NCBI GenBank assembly: GCA_000431975.1
Contig: HF988582.1
Span: 1,946-65,945, forward strand
DNA from: Prevotella sp. CAG:924
GTDB taxonomy: Bacteria > Bacteroidota > Bacteroidia > Bacteroidales > Bacteroidaceae
Length of the DNA: 64,000 nt
Reading direction: 5' to 3'
The position numbers and the translations under genes are program-made. The notes beneath the pieces are model-generated. The model made no database searches. It was not told the origin of the DNA and saw only the letters and a list, made by a program, of their open reading frames with translations. Shown here piece after piece: positions 1 to 8,538 of this stretch (the stretch's first letter is position 1; every line of letters begins with the position of its first letter).

Positions 1-1591
1 TCATTGATAGAAGAGCACGTCCCACTACTTCGTCAGCTTGTGCAGGATCATAATAAGCGTTGACGAGCAGCCTTGCTTCGCTGATGTGTCCGTTCTTTAT
101 CAGAGTCCGCCAAAGATTGCTGCACTGGCGTCCCATGACGGTTTTAAAGGTGTCAAGCGTGATGACACGGCAGAGTCCATCCAGATTGAAAAGCATGCGG
201 TAGTCACGTGAGGCATCGTTGACATGATAAAAACGGTATAGGTCTTGTAGATAGGCGCGTCGTATATATGTGCCAGATGAAATATCCATGTTTTGATGCT
301 GATCGAGAATGTCCGCATTAAGGAAGTGCTCGCGAAATTCGGGCGGCATTTTTCCGTAAATTTGTGACAGGCCGAGTACCATCGAATATTTGTCAGAGTC
401 GCAGAAGGGGGCATTGGTGAGCATTGTCTGCAGGAAACGCGAATTGAGCAGTTCTTGTGGTGTCTGTTCAAGTTCGGGATGATGGATATAAAAAGGTACA
501 AACCAGTTGACGAGTGAAGAGAAGAAGGGGAAGCGTTTCATTTGTGAGAAGCCGCTGAAATAAATATCTACGCCTTTCTCGCGCATATCCATCATATGGT
601 TGATGGTTTTTTCCAGCTCCTCTGCACGTTTCTCCTCCTTGTCAGGATGTAGCAGTTCGTCGAGACTTTCTTCGTCATGAATATTGATGCCGAAAGCATT
701 GTCCTGCAGATCCTGTTGTACTTTAAGGATGTGCGGCATCATCTCGTCATGCAGCTGTTTGCTCTCCGTGTCGGTAGAGAGACAGAACATCATCTGTATA
801 ATTAATTCGCTCACGTCAGCTGGAGTATCGGTCTGATTGAGAACATTGTTGAGAACGTCTTTCACTTCGGGAAAGAAATCGAGCGGAAAATTCATCAGTG
901 CACACATCCATCCCACCAGTGCTCTTTGTTTGAGTCTCATAGATGTCGACTGTCTGTAGATGTGAAGAAGTGCCAGGAGCTTTTCCGGATCGGCCACATT
1001 GGTAGCACCGAGAGTGATGGCAGAGGTAAGTTGTATGCCGTCATTCTCTTCGATGGTGGGTGAGCATAACAGATCTGCGATTTTCTGTCCGAGATGGTGT
1101 GTCCATTGGCTTGAAAAGCAAAGTGTGATGAAGAGCCGTTGCATCAGTGTGTGATGCGCCCGATAGATGCTTTTTGCGTGTTCGTCTCCGTCATGGTTGT
1201 TTTCGAGTTGTAAGAGTGCGAGTTCTTGGACAAACTGTTGCAGGTCGTCTCGCATCTGTTCGACATCCAAGTTTATACCATCGGCTATGATAGCGTATCC
1301 ACGCAGATAGGGATGGTTTAGCCAGTCGGAGAGTGCCAGTCGCTGTGTGACGGCAAAGGCACGGTGAAGCAGTTGATAGTAGAGTGTCTGACGATGTTCA
1401 TCGGCATATCCCGATAGCATAAAGTCACACATGCGCTGGTAGTCGGCCTCTATCTCTGCCACCTCGCCGCTGACGAGCTTGAACTGAGGGTGGCTGTGAA
1501 TGAGCTGCAGGGCCGCACCGAGCCGCTGTCGGTCGATGAGTTGATGATAGACCTTAGTTGTGAATATCTCAAAATTCTCTTTTTGTAGCAT
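1..1591 (-). CDS. hypothetical protein. The N-terminal ~530 aa are inside the window; the C-terminus runs off the window start.
   Basis: Manual reverse translation from ATG (rc) at 1589-1591 reads MLQKENFEIFTTKVYHQLIDRQ... A long open frame appears to reach position 2 with no stop; it was translated manually and in part only. It is absent from the ORF track, probably because no stop codon lies within the window. No other ORF of 60 aa or more lies between 502 and 1590. No recognisable family. Confidence 0.45.
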   Translation of the reverse strand, partial: MLQKENFEIFTTKVYHQLIDRQRLGAALQLIHSHPQFKLVSGEVAEIEADYQRMCDFMLSGYADEHRQTLYYQLLHRAFAVTQRLALSDWLNHPYLRGYAIIADGINLDVEQMRDDLQQFVQELALLQLENNHDGDEHAKSIYRAHHTLMQRLFITLCFSSQWTHHLGQKIADLLCSPTIEENDGIQLTSAITLGATNVADPEKLLALLHIYRQSTSMRLKQRALVGWMCALMNFPLDFFPEVKDVLNNVLNQTDTPADVSELIIQMMFCLSTDTESKQLHDEMMPHILKVQQDLQDNAFGINIHDEESLDELLHPDKEEKRAEELEKTINHMMDMREKGVDIYFSGFSQMKRFPFFSSLVNWFVPFYIHHPELEQTPQELLNSRFLQTMLTNAPFCDSDKYSMVLGLSQIYGKMPPEFREHFLNADILDQHQNMDISSGTYIRRAYLQDLYRFYHVNDASRDYRMLFNLDGLCRVITLDTFKTVMGRQCSNLWRTLIKNGHISEARLLVNAYYDPAQADEVVGRALLSM

Positions 1592-1623
1592 AGCAGCTTA
1601 TTGTCAGATGTAAAATGTTAGCC

Positions 1624-2559
1624 TTATTTTAAGTATTTTCTTGCAGTGTCAATATCTTTTTGTCGGGGTGCTGCTGTATGTGTATATTTGAGCTTGGGCA
1701 GGGCTTTTAGCGTCTTGGCATCAGCATCTGTGTATTTCTGTATGATGTCGTTGTAATGTGTTAGCCCAAACCGGTTGATAGAGTCGCAAACAGAGTCATA
1801 GACACGCAGGAAAGTGTCTATCTGTTTTTTTCTATCCTTGTTGTTGTATGCCTTCTGTGTGAAGGCGATGACACCAAGATTGGTATTGAGATCACGGCTG
1901 TCAGCCAGGACGGCGTTTTTATACAGGCGCGCTGTCGTAGCTTGTGGCTCGGTGAAGACGAGGGCGTCGATCTCATTGTTCAGTAGCATGTTCAGGCGCA
2001 CGTGTACATCGTTTATCTGTACACGGAACACATCGTATTTAGGATGTGCTTTTTCCAGACAGCGGTCAGCGAGCCAGGAGGTAGCGGAGAACCGTGTGAT
2101 GGCAATCATCTTGTCGGAGAGCTGTGAGGCATTCGTAACACGGCTTTTCCTGTTGGCAATCACCTGCCAGTAAGCATTTGTTGCGGTAGCATAGTGAAGT
2201 GGCGTACCGTGGTTACGCAGACGTTCGGCGCGGATCAAGTCGGTAACGAAGCCTTCGACGTGCCCGCGGGCGATGAGTGTGTCACAGTCGAGTCGTGCGG
2301 GGCGCATTCGCAAATGTACGTTGATGCCGGCTTTGCTGAAGAGGCTGTCTTCCACACCGATGAATAGCGGCAGACAATCCATAGTGGGCACAACAGCGAT
2401 CTTTAGCGAAGCCGAGTCCTCACGGGCCTGTGCCTGCCGTTGCTCGGCTGTTATTCTTTGTTTTTCTTTATATGAGCTACCGCAGGCTACACACATCAGG
2501 CCAAAGGCGGCAGTCAGAAGTATGATAATGGGTCTGTTCATTCTACGGCAAAGATACAA
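1624..2559 (-). CDS. NMT1/THI5-like (SsuA/ThiY-type) solute-binding lipoprotein
   Basis: 311 aa with a signal peptide and lipobox (LMCVACGS). It has the periplasmic-binding fold typical of nitrate/sulfonate/HMP binding proteins. It is divergent from the thiamine operon. Its own TAtcTTTG -7 box lies just upstream on the minus strand. Confidence 0.55.
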   Translation of the reverse strand: MYLCRRMNRPIIILLTAAFGLMCVACGSSYKEKQRITAEQRQAQAREDSASLKIAVVPTMDCLPLFIGVEDSLFSKAGINVHLRMRPARLDCDTLIARGHVEGFVTDLIRAERLRNHGTPLHYATATNAYWQVIANRKSRVTNASQLSDKMIAITRFSATSWLADRCLEKAHPKYDVFRVQINDVHVRLNMLLNNEIDALVFTEPQATTARLYKNAVLADSRDLNTNLGVIAFTQKAYNNKDRKKQIDTFLRVYDSVCDSINRFGLTHYNDIIQKYTDADAKTLKALPKLKYTHTAAPRQKDIDTARKYLK

Positions 2560-2724
2560 ATATATTTTCCGTTTTCTTGCGTTTTATGGCAATTATTTTT
2601 AATGTGGCGTTAAAAAGTTCAGAAGAGGGAGAGGAATCCAGGAATGCTTTTCATCCCTTTTGTTCTAGGGGCTGTTAAAGGCTTATTGTCTTTGGAAAGA
2701 CTTTTTCTATTGTTTTTATATAAG

Positions 2725-2756
2725 TTTGGTGAATATTAAAAAACTTTGTATCTTTG
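2725..2756 (+). promoter_or_regulatory. Bacteroidetes sigma-A type promoter: -33 TTTG at 2725-2728 and -7 TATCTTTG at 2749-2756
   Basis: TTTG, then a 20 nt gap, then TAnnTTTG, matching the Bacteroides promoter consensus. The predicted start site lies about 15 nt before the riboswitch aptamer. Confidence 0.5.
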
Positions 2757-2771
2757 CAGCCGATCGTTATA

Positions 2772-2860
2772 TTGTGGATCAGGGGTGCTGCACTATGTGG
2801 TGTGGCTGAGATGATACCCTTCGAACCTGAAGCGGATAATGCCGACGCAGGGACACCGAA
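2772..2860 (+). promoter_or_regulatory. TPP (THI-box) riboswitch
   Basis: The sequence CAGGGGTGCTGC...GGCTGAGATGATACCCTTCGAACCTGAAGCGGATAATGCCGACGCAGGGAC matches the conserved THI-element cores (GGGGUGC, CUGAGA, ACCCUU.GAACCUGA, GGAUAAUGCC, AGGGA). It sits in the 5' leader of a TonB-dependent receptor, as in Bacteroides thiamine uptake operons. Confidence 0.8.
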
Positions 2861-2967
2861 GATATTATTCCATTGGCTTTCATCCACCTTTTTCCGTGAT
2901 TGTCTGTGAACGGATTCTGGGTAGTGGGTGTGGCTTTACGAAAACGTTTTATTTTAGGTAATCAAGA

Positions 2968-5277
2968 TTGCAATTCAGTATGAAAAGAAAAGCTGTCATG
3001 CTGACTGCTCTTGCAGGAGCAGTGCTTCCTGTAGCCGCGTCTACCGGCACAGTGAAGACAGAGAGTAAGGTAGACACCACTCAAGTACACGAACTGCAGG
3101 CTGTGGAGGTGTTCTCTACGCGTGCTCACGGCCGTACGCCTATGGCCTATGACAATGTGTCGCAGCAACAGATCAGGAAAATGAATTTCGGACAGGATCT
3201 GCCGCGTCTGCTTCTTCTCACACCGAGCGTTACGATGACTTCTGATGCTGGTAATGGCATTGGATACACCACGTTGCGTGTACGTGGTACAGATCCCAGC
3301 CGTATCAATATCACTGTTAATGGTATTCCCCAAAGCGATGCCGAGTCTTCGGAGCTTTTTTGGGTGAATATCGGCGACTTCGCTTCTTCGCTAGGCTCTT
3401 TACAGATACAGCGTGGTGTGGGAACGTCGACGAACGGTTCTGCCGCTTTTGGTGCTACGGTGAATATGCAGACGGAGGGCATCTCCGCAGAGCCTTATTT
3501 GACGCTCGATGCCAGTGCTGGCTCTTATTATTCTCATAAGGAGACGATGCGCTTCTCTACAGGACTCATAAAGGATCATTGGGGGTTCCAGGGCCGGTTG
3601 AGCAATATCGGTTCGAAGGGATATCTCGACCGTGCTTGGACAAAGTTGAACAACTATTTCCTGCAAGGCGGCTATTTCTCTGACAACACTATGGTGAAGC
3701 TGGTCACCTTTAGCGGTGAGGAGCACACCTATCACGCATGGAACTATACAAGTAAGTATGAGCAGAGCCTTTATGGCCGCCGTTACAATTCTTGTGGTGA
3801 GTACTACGATGAGAACGGCAACCCGCTCTATTATAAGAATCAGACCGATAATTACAATCAACAGAACTATCAGTTGATTCTTACCCAGCGTTTTGGCCGG
3901 TTTTTCAATCTGCATGCAGCCCTGCATTATACGAAGGGTAAAGGCTATTACGAGGAGTACAAGACAGACCGTGATCTGAGCGAGTATGGCCTGACGCCGG
4001 TATCGGCATCGGCTGCATCAAGTGATCTGGTGCGTCAGAAGAAGATGGACAACGATTTCTACGGCGCCATTGCCGATCTGAATTATACGAACCATAATGG
4101 TCTGACTGCTGTTGTCGGCGGTGGTTGGAACCGTTACGATGGCGATCATTTCGGACTCGTGACCTGGGTGAAGGAAAATGTTGCTAATCTCACTCCCGAT
4201 TGGGAATATTACCGTAATAATGCGGTGAAAAACGATGCGAACATATATGGTAAGGTCAATTGGGAGTTTCTGCGCGGACTTTCTGCGTATGTTGACCTGC
4301 AGTATCGTCATGTGAGCTACCGTCTACAAAATCCCACTGATGCATGGGGTTACAATGAGGACGGCCGCTATATCTACCGTGACGATTTCGACTTCTTTAA
4401 TCCGAAGTTCGGACTGAACTACCAGATAGCCCGCAATCATCGTGTGTATGCATCGTATGCCATTTCCCACCGTGAACCTGTGCGCAACAATTATGAGGAC
4501 TATGCCGCCAATGGCTATTCCTACCCGAAGGCAGAACGCCTGAACGATCTTGAGTTGGGTTATGAGTTTACGGGTGAGAAGTTTTCCGCAAGCGTGAATG
4601 GTTATTGGATGGATTATCACAATCAATTCGTGCTTACCGGTGAGTTGGATGATATCGGTGAGGCCGTTACGCGCAATTTGGAGAAGAGCTACCGTCTTGG
4701 CGTAGAGTTGCAGGCTGCGTGGATGCCCGTCGATTGGTTCCGCTGGGATGCCAATGCCACTTTCTCGAAAAACCGTGTTCAGGATCTTGCTGTGACGCTC
4801 GACGATTATACCACGAAAGTGCAGATCGGTGACCAACCGCTCAGCTTCTCTCCTGATGTTATTTTCAATACGTGGATGACTTTTAAGTACAAGGGATTCT
4901 CTGCCGTAGTGACCGAGCGTTTCGTGGGCGAGCAGTATCTGACCAACACCGGTTTCAAGACGATGGAGTGTCAGGATGCCGATGGCAATACCACCTATGA
5001 GACCTTGATGCTTGGCAGTCATTGGACCACCGATCTCGATCTCAGTTATTCGTTCTCTCTGCGCAAGCTGGGAGTGAAGGAGGTGGCTGTAGGTCTCTCT
5101 ATCTACAATCTCTTCTCAGCCAAGTACGACAATAACGGTTGGGCCGCACCCCAGTTTGAGCAACGAGACGGAAAGGTCGTAGCTGTCAACACATGGGGAA
5201 TCCGCGACTATGGAGCCGTCGGTTTTGCTCCTTCCGCTCCCTTCAACTGTATGGCGCATCTCACACTGAGCTTTTAA
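2968..5277 (+). CDS. TonB-dependent outer-membrane receptor, candidate thiamine receptor (OMthi-like)
   Basis: 769 aa with a signal peptide, a TonB-box/plug region (ELQAVEVFSTRAHG...TLRVRGTDPSRINITVNGIP) and a 22-strand barrel ending in a terminal Phe. It lies immediately downstream of the TPP riboswitch. Confidence 0.85.
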   Translation: MQFSMKRKAVMLTALAGAVLPVAASTGTVKTESKVDTTQVHELQAVEVFSTRAHGRTPMAYDNVSQQQIRKMNFGQDLPRLLLLTPSVTMTSDAGNGIGYTTLRVRGTDPSRINITVNGIPQSDAESSELFWVNIGDFASSLGSLQIQRGVGTSTNGSAAFGATVNMQTEGISAEPYLTLDASAGSYYSHKETMRFSTGLIKDHWGFQGRLSNIGSKGYLDRAWTKLNNYFLQGGYFSDNTMVKLVTFSGEEHTYHAWNYTSKYEQSLYGRRYNSCGEYYDENGNPLYYKNQTDNYNQQNYQLILTQRFGRFFNLHAALHYTKGKGYYEEYKTDRDLSEYGLTPVSASAASSDLVRQKKMDNDFYGAIADLNYTNHNGLTAVVGGGWNRYDGDHFGLVTWVKENVANLTPDWEYYRNNAVKNDANIYGKVNWEFLRGLSAYVDLQYRHVSYRLQNPTDAWGYNEDGRYIYRDDFDFFNPKFGLNYQIARNHRVYASYAISHREPVRNNYEDYAANGYSYPKAERLNDLELGYEFTGEKFSASVNGYWMDYHNQFVLTGELDDIGEAVTRNLEKSYRLGVELQAAWMPVDWFRWDANATFSKNRVQDLAVTLDDYTTKVQIGDQPLSFSPDVIFNTWMTFKYKGFSAVVTERFVGEQYLTNTGFKTMECQDADGNTTYETLMLGSHWTTDLDLSYSFSLRKLGVKEVAVGLSIYNLFSAKYDNNGWAAPQFEQRDGKVVAVNTWGIRDYGAVGFAPSAPFNCMAHLTLSF

Positions 5278-5400
5278 ATAAATACTATCCAAATCCGCAG
5301 GAACGGAGGAGTGGGGCATAGGCTCCCTCTTCCGTTCTACGGTGTTCATAGGTTATATATTCCGTACCCTTTATGGCGGGTAGAATGAAATATCAAAGAT

Positions 5401-6018
5401 ATGACGGATTGGCTTTCTTTTCATTGGCTTGACTTGACTACTACTGTCTTGGGTCTTGTCTACATATGGCTTGAATATCGGGCGAGCATTGCTCTCTGGC
5501 TGGTAGGTATTGTGATGCCTGCCATGGATGTCGTTCTCTATTGGCAGCACGGCCTTTATGGTGATGCTGGTATGGCAGTCTACTATACGGCTGCGGCAAT
5601 CTATGGCTGGTTGGTGTGGAAGTTTGGACACAAGCACAATCAGAAGGCAGGCGACATTCTGCCGATTTCCTATATGCCCCGACGACTGTACCTCCCTGCG
5701 ACAGTCTTCTTTCTTGCCGCCTGGGCTGTTACATGGTTTGTGCTCGATCGGTTCACCAATTCTACGATACCGGTTCTTGACGCTTTCACCAATGCTCTGA
5801 GCTTCGTAGGATTGTGGGCTCTGGCGCGCAAATACATCGAGCAGTGGTATTTCTGGATCATCGTCGATGGGGTGAGCTGTTATCTGTATTTCATCAAGGA
5901 CATTCCCTTTAAGGGGGGCCTTTATGGCCTTTATGTCGTTATTGCTGTTGCCGGTGTCTTTAAGTGGCGCCGCATGATGCAACAGTCACGTACAGCCAAA
6001 GTTGAAGACAGGAGCTGA
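5401..6018 (+). CDS. pnuT: PnuC-family vitamin transporter, probably thiamine (PnuT)
   Basis: 205 aa polytopic membrane protein with PnuC-like W/Y-rich helices (YIWLEYRASIALWLVGIV...YYTAAAIYGWLVWKF). It lies between the TPP-riboswitch receptor and the thiamine pyrophosphokinase. Confidence 0.75.
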   Translation: MTDWLSFHWLDLTTTVLGLVYIWLEYRASIALWLVGIVMPAMDVVLYWQHGLYGDAGMAVYYTAAAIYGWLVWKFGHKHNQKAGDILPISYMPRRLYLPATVFFLAAWAVTWFVLDRFTNSTIPVLDAFTNALSFVGLWALARKYIEQWYFWIIVDGVSCYLYFIKDIPFKGGLYGLYVVIAVAGVFKWRRMMQQSRTAKVEDRS

Positions 6019-6201
6019 ATGGCCTCTAATAAGCCGCTTTACAGGCTTTTCCTCGGACCTTTCAAAGACACTTGGAGTTGGTTAGCAGGTTCTTATGTGC
6101 TGGCTGTATCTGTCTTCTTTTTGTCTATATGGTCGGTGTAAGCCGACAGACAATCCTTTTATGACTATTTACCAGATCATTCATTAAAAAATCCCATCCT
6201 T

Positions 6202-6861
6202 ATGCAACACTATCCTCTCCTTACTGCTGATACGGTTTTCCCTCATGTAGTCTTGGCCGATGGCGACTTTCCGTCCCATCCCATTCCTTTCGGTCTGTTG
6301 TCCCGTGCTTCCCATCTGGTCTGTTGCGATCGTGCCGGTCAGAGGGCCATAGAGCGGGGGCTGCATCCCGAGGCGATAGTTGGCGATGGTGATTCTATCC
6401 CTGCTGATTTTCGGAGCCGTTATGCTTCGATCTTCCATCACGTGGCAGAGCAGGAGGATAATGATATGACCAAGGCGACACGCTATCTTCTCAGCATCGG
6501 GGCTACCGGACCGGTGTGTTATCTTGGTGCTACGGGCAAGCGTGAGGATCATACGTTAGCCAATATCGCCTTGTTAGAGGAGTATCGGCGTCGGTTTGGT
6601 ATGCTGTCGGTGATGGTGACCGATCACGGATGGTTTGTCGTGGCGCAGGGACGTTCTGTCTTCGGGTCGTTTGCGCATCAACAAGTGAGCATTTTCAATC
6701 TCAGCTGTCGCGATCGGTTGTCGTCGACGGGTCTGAAGTGGGATGCCTATCCTTTTACGGCTGTCTGGCAGGGCTCGCTCAATGAGGCCGTGGCCGATTC
6801 ATTTATTCTTGATGGCGACGGTGCCTATCTTGTGTTCCGCACGTTCGAGGCCAAGAGGTAA
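6202..6861 (+). CDS. thiN: thiamine pyrophosphokinase
   Basis: 219 aa showing the TPK catalytic and thiamine-binding pattern (VLADGDFP...LVCCDRAG...GDGDSIP...GATGKREDHTLANI). It is the last gene of the thiamine operon. Confidence 0.8.
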   Translation: MQHYPLLTADTVFPHVVLADGDFPSHPIPFGLLSRASHLVCCDRAGQRAIERGLHPEAIVGDGDSIPADFRSRYASIFHHVAEQEDNDMTKATRYLLSIGATGPVCYLGATGKREDHTLANIALLEEYRRRFGMLSVMVTDHGWFVVAQGRSVFGSFAHQQVSIFNLSCRDRLSSTGLKWDAYPFTAVWQGSLNEAVADSFILDGDGAYLVFRTFEAKR

Positions 6862-6959
6862 GGTGTGGCGTGACCGGGAAGCCTAGCTCCGCTTGCTGAC
6901 GGTGTAAGCGATAAATGGAGGGACACTGTCTTTTCTTGATTTACCTAGTCGTCCCTTAA

Positions 6960-7023
6960 AAATGTACTTATCTACTGGTATTCAGTAGTTTAATTTATAA
7001 AAGTCTTTGATAACTCTGCAAGT
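6960..7023 (-). repeat. X repeat, copy A (inverted relative to copies B and C)
   Basis: The reverse complement of 6960-7023 matches 14050-14113 at about 90% identity (ACTTGCAGAnTTATCAAAGAnTTTTATAAATTAAAyTACTGAATACCAGTArATAAGTACATTT). It is immediately 3' of the TPK gene and 50 bp before the left inverted element. Confidence 0.6.
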
Positions 7024-7073
7024 CCTCTTATTTTTAGGTTAAGAAACTTGCAGATTTAATGATTAAAAATACG

Positions 7074-7572
7074 AATATCGGGATGCCCTTCCTTTATGCC
7101 GGGGAAGGGGCGTGGAGATACAGGGCGTGACCTGTCCGAAGTGGACGGTTCCTTGAAATTTATCCTATTTTTCTTTACAGTCGAAAATCCCGGACACAGA
7201 GCCCCCCAGGTTCGCTGCAGGCCCCTTCACAGCGTCCGGCTGTCCGATTTTCAGGCAGTAAGAAGCTCCGGGAAACCCTCTTTGTTGCCCTGTTTGCTTG
7301 CGTTTTTCAAGATGCTGAAAATCAACAAGTTGACAAAATGACTATGTCCTGGAAAAAGTTACCATTGGATACTTGGCAAAGTATCCATGGTAACTCATCG
7401 AATTTCCAATGGTAACTTATCAAATTTCCAATGGTAACTTGCCCAAGTTTCCATGGACACTTTACCCTTGCAAGTATCTTCCTGACTTCTCCTGATCTTA
7501 CTAGCCACTTTTTCTCTTATCAACGGAAACAGTAGACACTTTGCAGAAAGTATCCTAAAAAAGTAGACTATT
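7074..7572 (+). repeat. Left copy of the ~490-bp inverted-repeat element (IR-L)
   Basis: The reverse complement of 40498-40978 aligns end to end with 7074-7572, about 88% identical by manual alignment. The element contains a hairpin, iteron-like direct repeats and GTAGAC boxes. Confidence 0.8.
7355..7462 (+). repeat. Iteron-like array inside IR-L: a 15-bp inverted repeat followed by three TTTCCAATGGTAACT-type direct repeats
   Basis: AGTTACCATTGGATAC-ttggcaaa-GTATCCATGGTAACT forms the hairpin at 7357-7395. Direct repeats at 7403-7417, 7424-7438 and 7448-7461 are spaced 21-24 bp. The mirrored array in IR-R lies at 40605-40692 and has one unit fewer. Confidence 0.65.
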
Positions 7573-7879
7573 GGAAGGAAATGTGCAGATTCCCTTGACT
7601 GGCAATCGTGACTTTCCCTAGTTTGATCATTATTGCCGGTTGATAAAAGATTAAGGTTGATACCCATCACACGGCTGCAGTGTCCTATAAAAGAATGAGA
7701 GATTCCTAATATGACCGAAAGTCATCCGGTCTCTTAAGCCTTTGTAACCTGTCTGTTGAAAACGGTTCGGGGAGCCGGGCCGTTGCTCTGACGGAGCCAT
7801 AGACCGGTATGATTTCCAATGTTTGTATAATTTTCTGTATATAAGTGGATTACAATCTATAGAGGAGCCAGTGCGTCTT

Positions 7880-8120
7880 CCTTCGTCATCGCAGTATATC
7901 TTCTTCGTCATCACAGTATATCTGCATCCGCCATCGCAGTATATCTGCATCCGTCATCGCAGTATATCTGCATCCGTCATCGCAGTATATCTGCATCCGT
8001 CATCGCAGTATATCTGCATCCGTCATCGCAGTATATCTGCATCCGTCATCGCAGTATATCTGCATCCGTCATCGCAGTATATCTGCATCCGTCATCGCAG
8101 TATATCTGCATCCGTCATCC
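7880..8120 (+). repeat. 23-bp tandem repeat array, about 10.5 copies of CATCCGTCATCGCAGTATATCTG
   Basis: Three degenerate leading copies at 7880-7947 are followed by seven perfect copies at 7948-8108 and a partial unit. There are no spacers, so it is not a CRISPR array. ORF 7823..8128 is the repeat read as protein. Confidence 0.9.
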
Positions 8121-8432
8121 ACCCTTAAAAGTCCCTGTTTTTATTTGCAGCCGATCCTTTCCATGCAACCGATACCCGTGAGCGTCCATTCCTATCTGTC
8201 CTGAGGGTGGAGATCAAGAGGACTGTCGCATGAGATCTGAAGAGAACCCTCACAGGCAGCCGGTAGGATTCATGCCGCATGATCCAGGTTCCGTTCCCTG
8301 CGTTAATTCCATACGCCCCCCTTCCTCTGCTTGTCATTTCCGTATTTCATTTGAGCGGCCTGTTTTCCCCTATATTTATCGGGTGAGCCTGATTGTCCCT
8401 TCAGTAGCCCGTACACTGTTGATGGTGGCATT

Positions 8433-8517
8433 AAAAAACAAAAGACTTCTCGTCTGTCAGCTCTTTCCGGGGTGTGCAAGTGTTGTTAGGAATGAACAGA
8501 CAGACGGGAAGTCTTTT
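8433..8517 (-). terminator. Putative rho-independent terminator of the relA-maoC transcript (minus strand), with a long loop
   Basis: On the minus strand, AAGACTTCCCGTCTGTC pairs with GACAGACGAGAAGTCTT, followed by TTGTTTTTT. It is 30 bp downstream of the maoC stop. Confidence 0.45.
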
Positions 8518-8538
8518 TATTGCCTCAGTATCCTTTTA

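Noticed and set aside
6960-7023. X element as a Bacteroidetes promoter
   Set aside because: Neither strand contains TTTG followed 19-21 nt later by TAnnTTTG. The element always follows stop codons rather than preceding starts.
7096-7341. 81-aa ORF in IR-L and the matching 94-aa ORF at 40705..40989 as a conserved small protein
   Set aside because: Differences between the two copies are mostly non-synonymous and include indels in the N-terminus. The similarity is explained by DNA-level repeat identity, so noncoding is preferred.
7823-8128. ORF of 101 aa across the 23-bp array, and the possibility that the array is a CRISPR locus
   Set aside because: The units are contiguous with no spacers, so this is a simple tandem repeat. 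The ORF is just the repeat read in frame.
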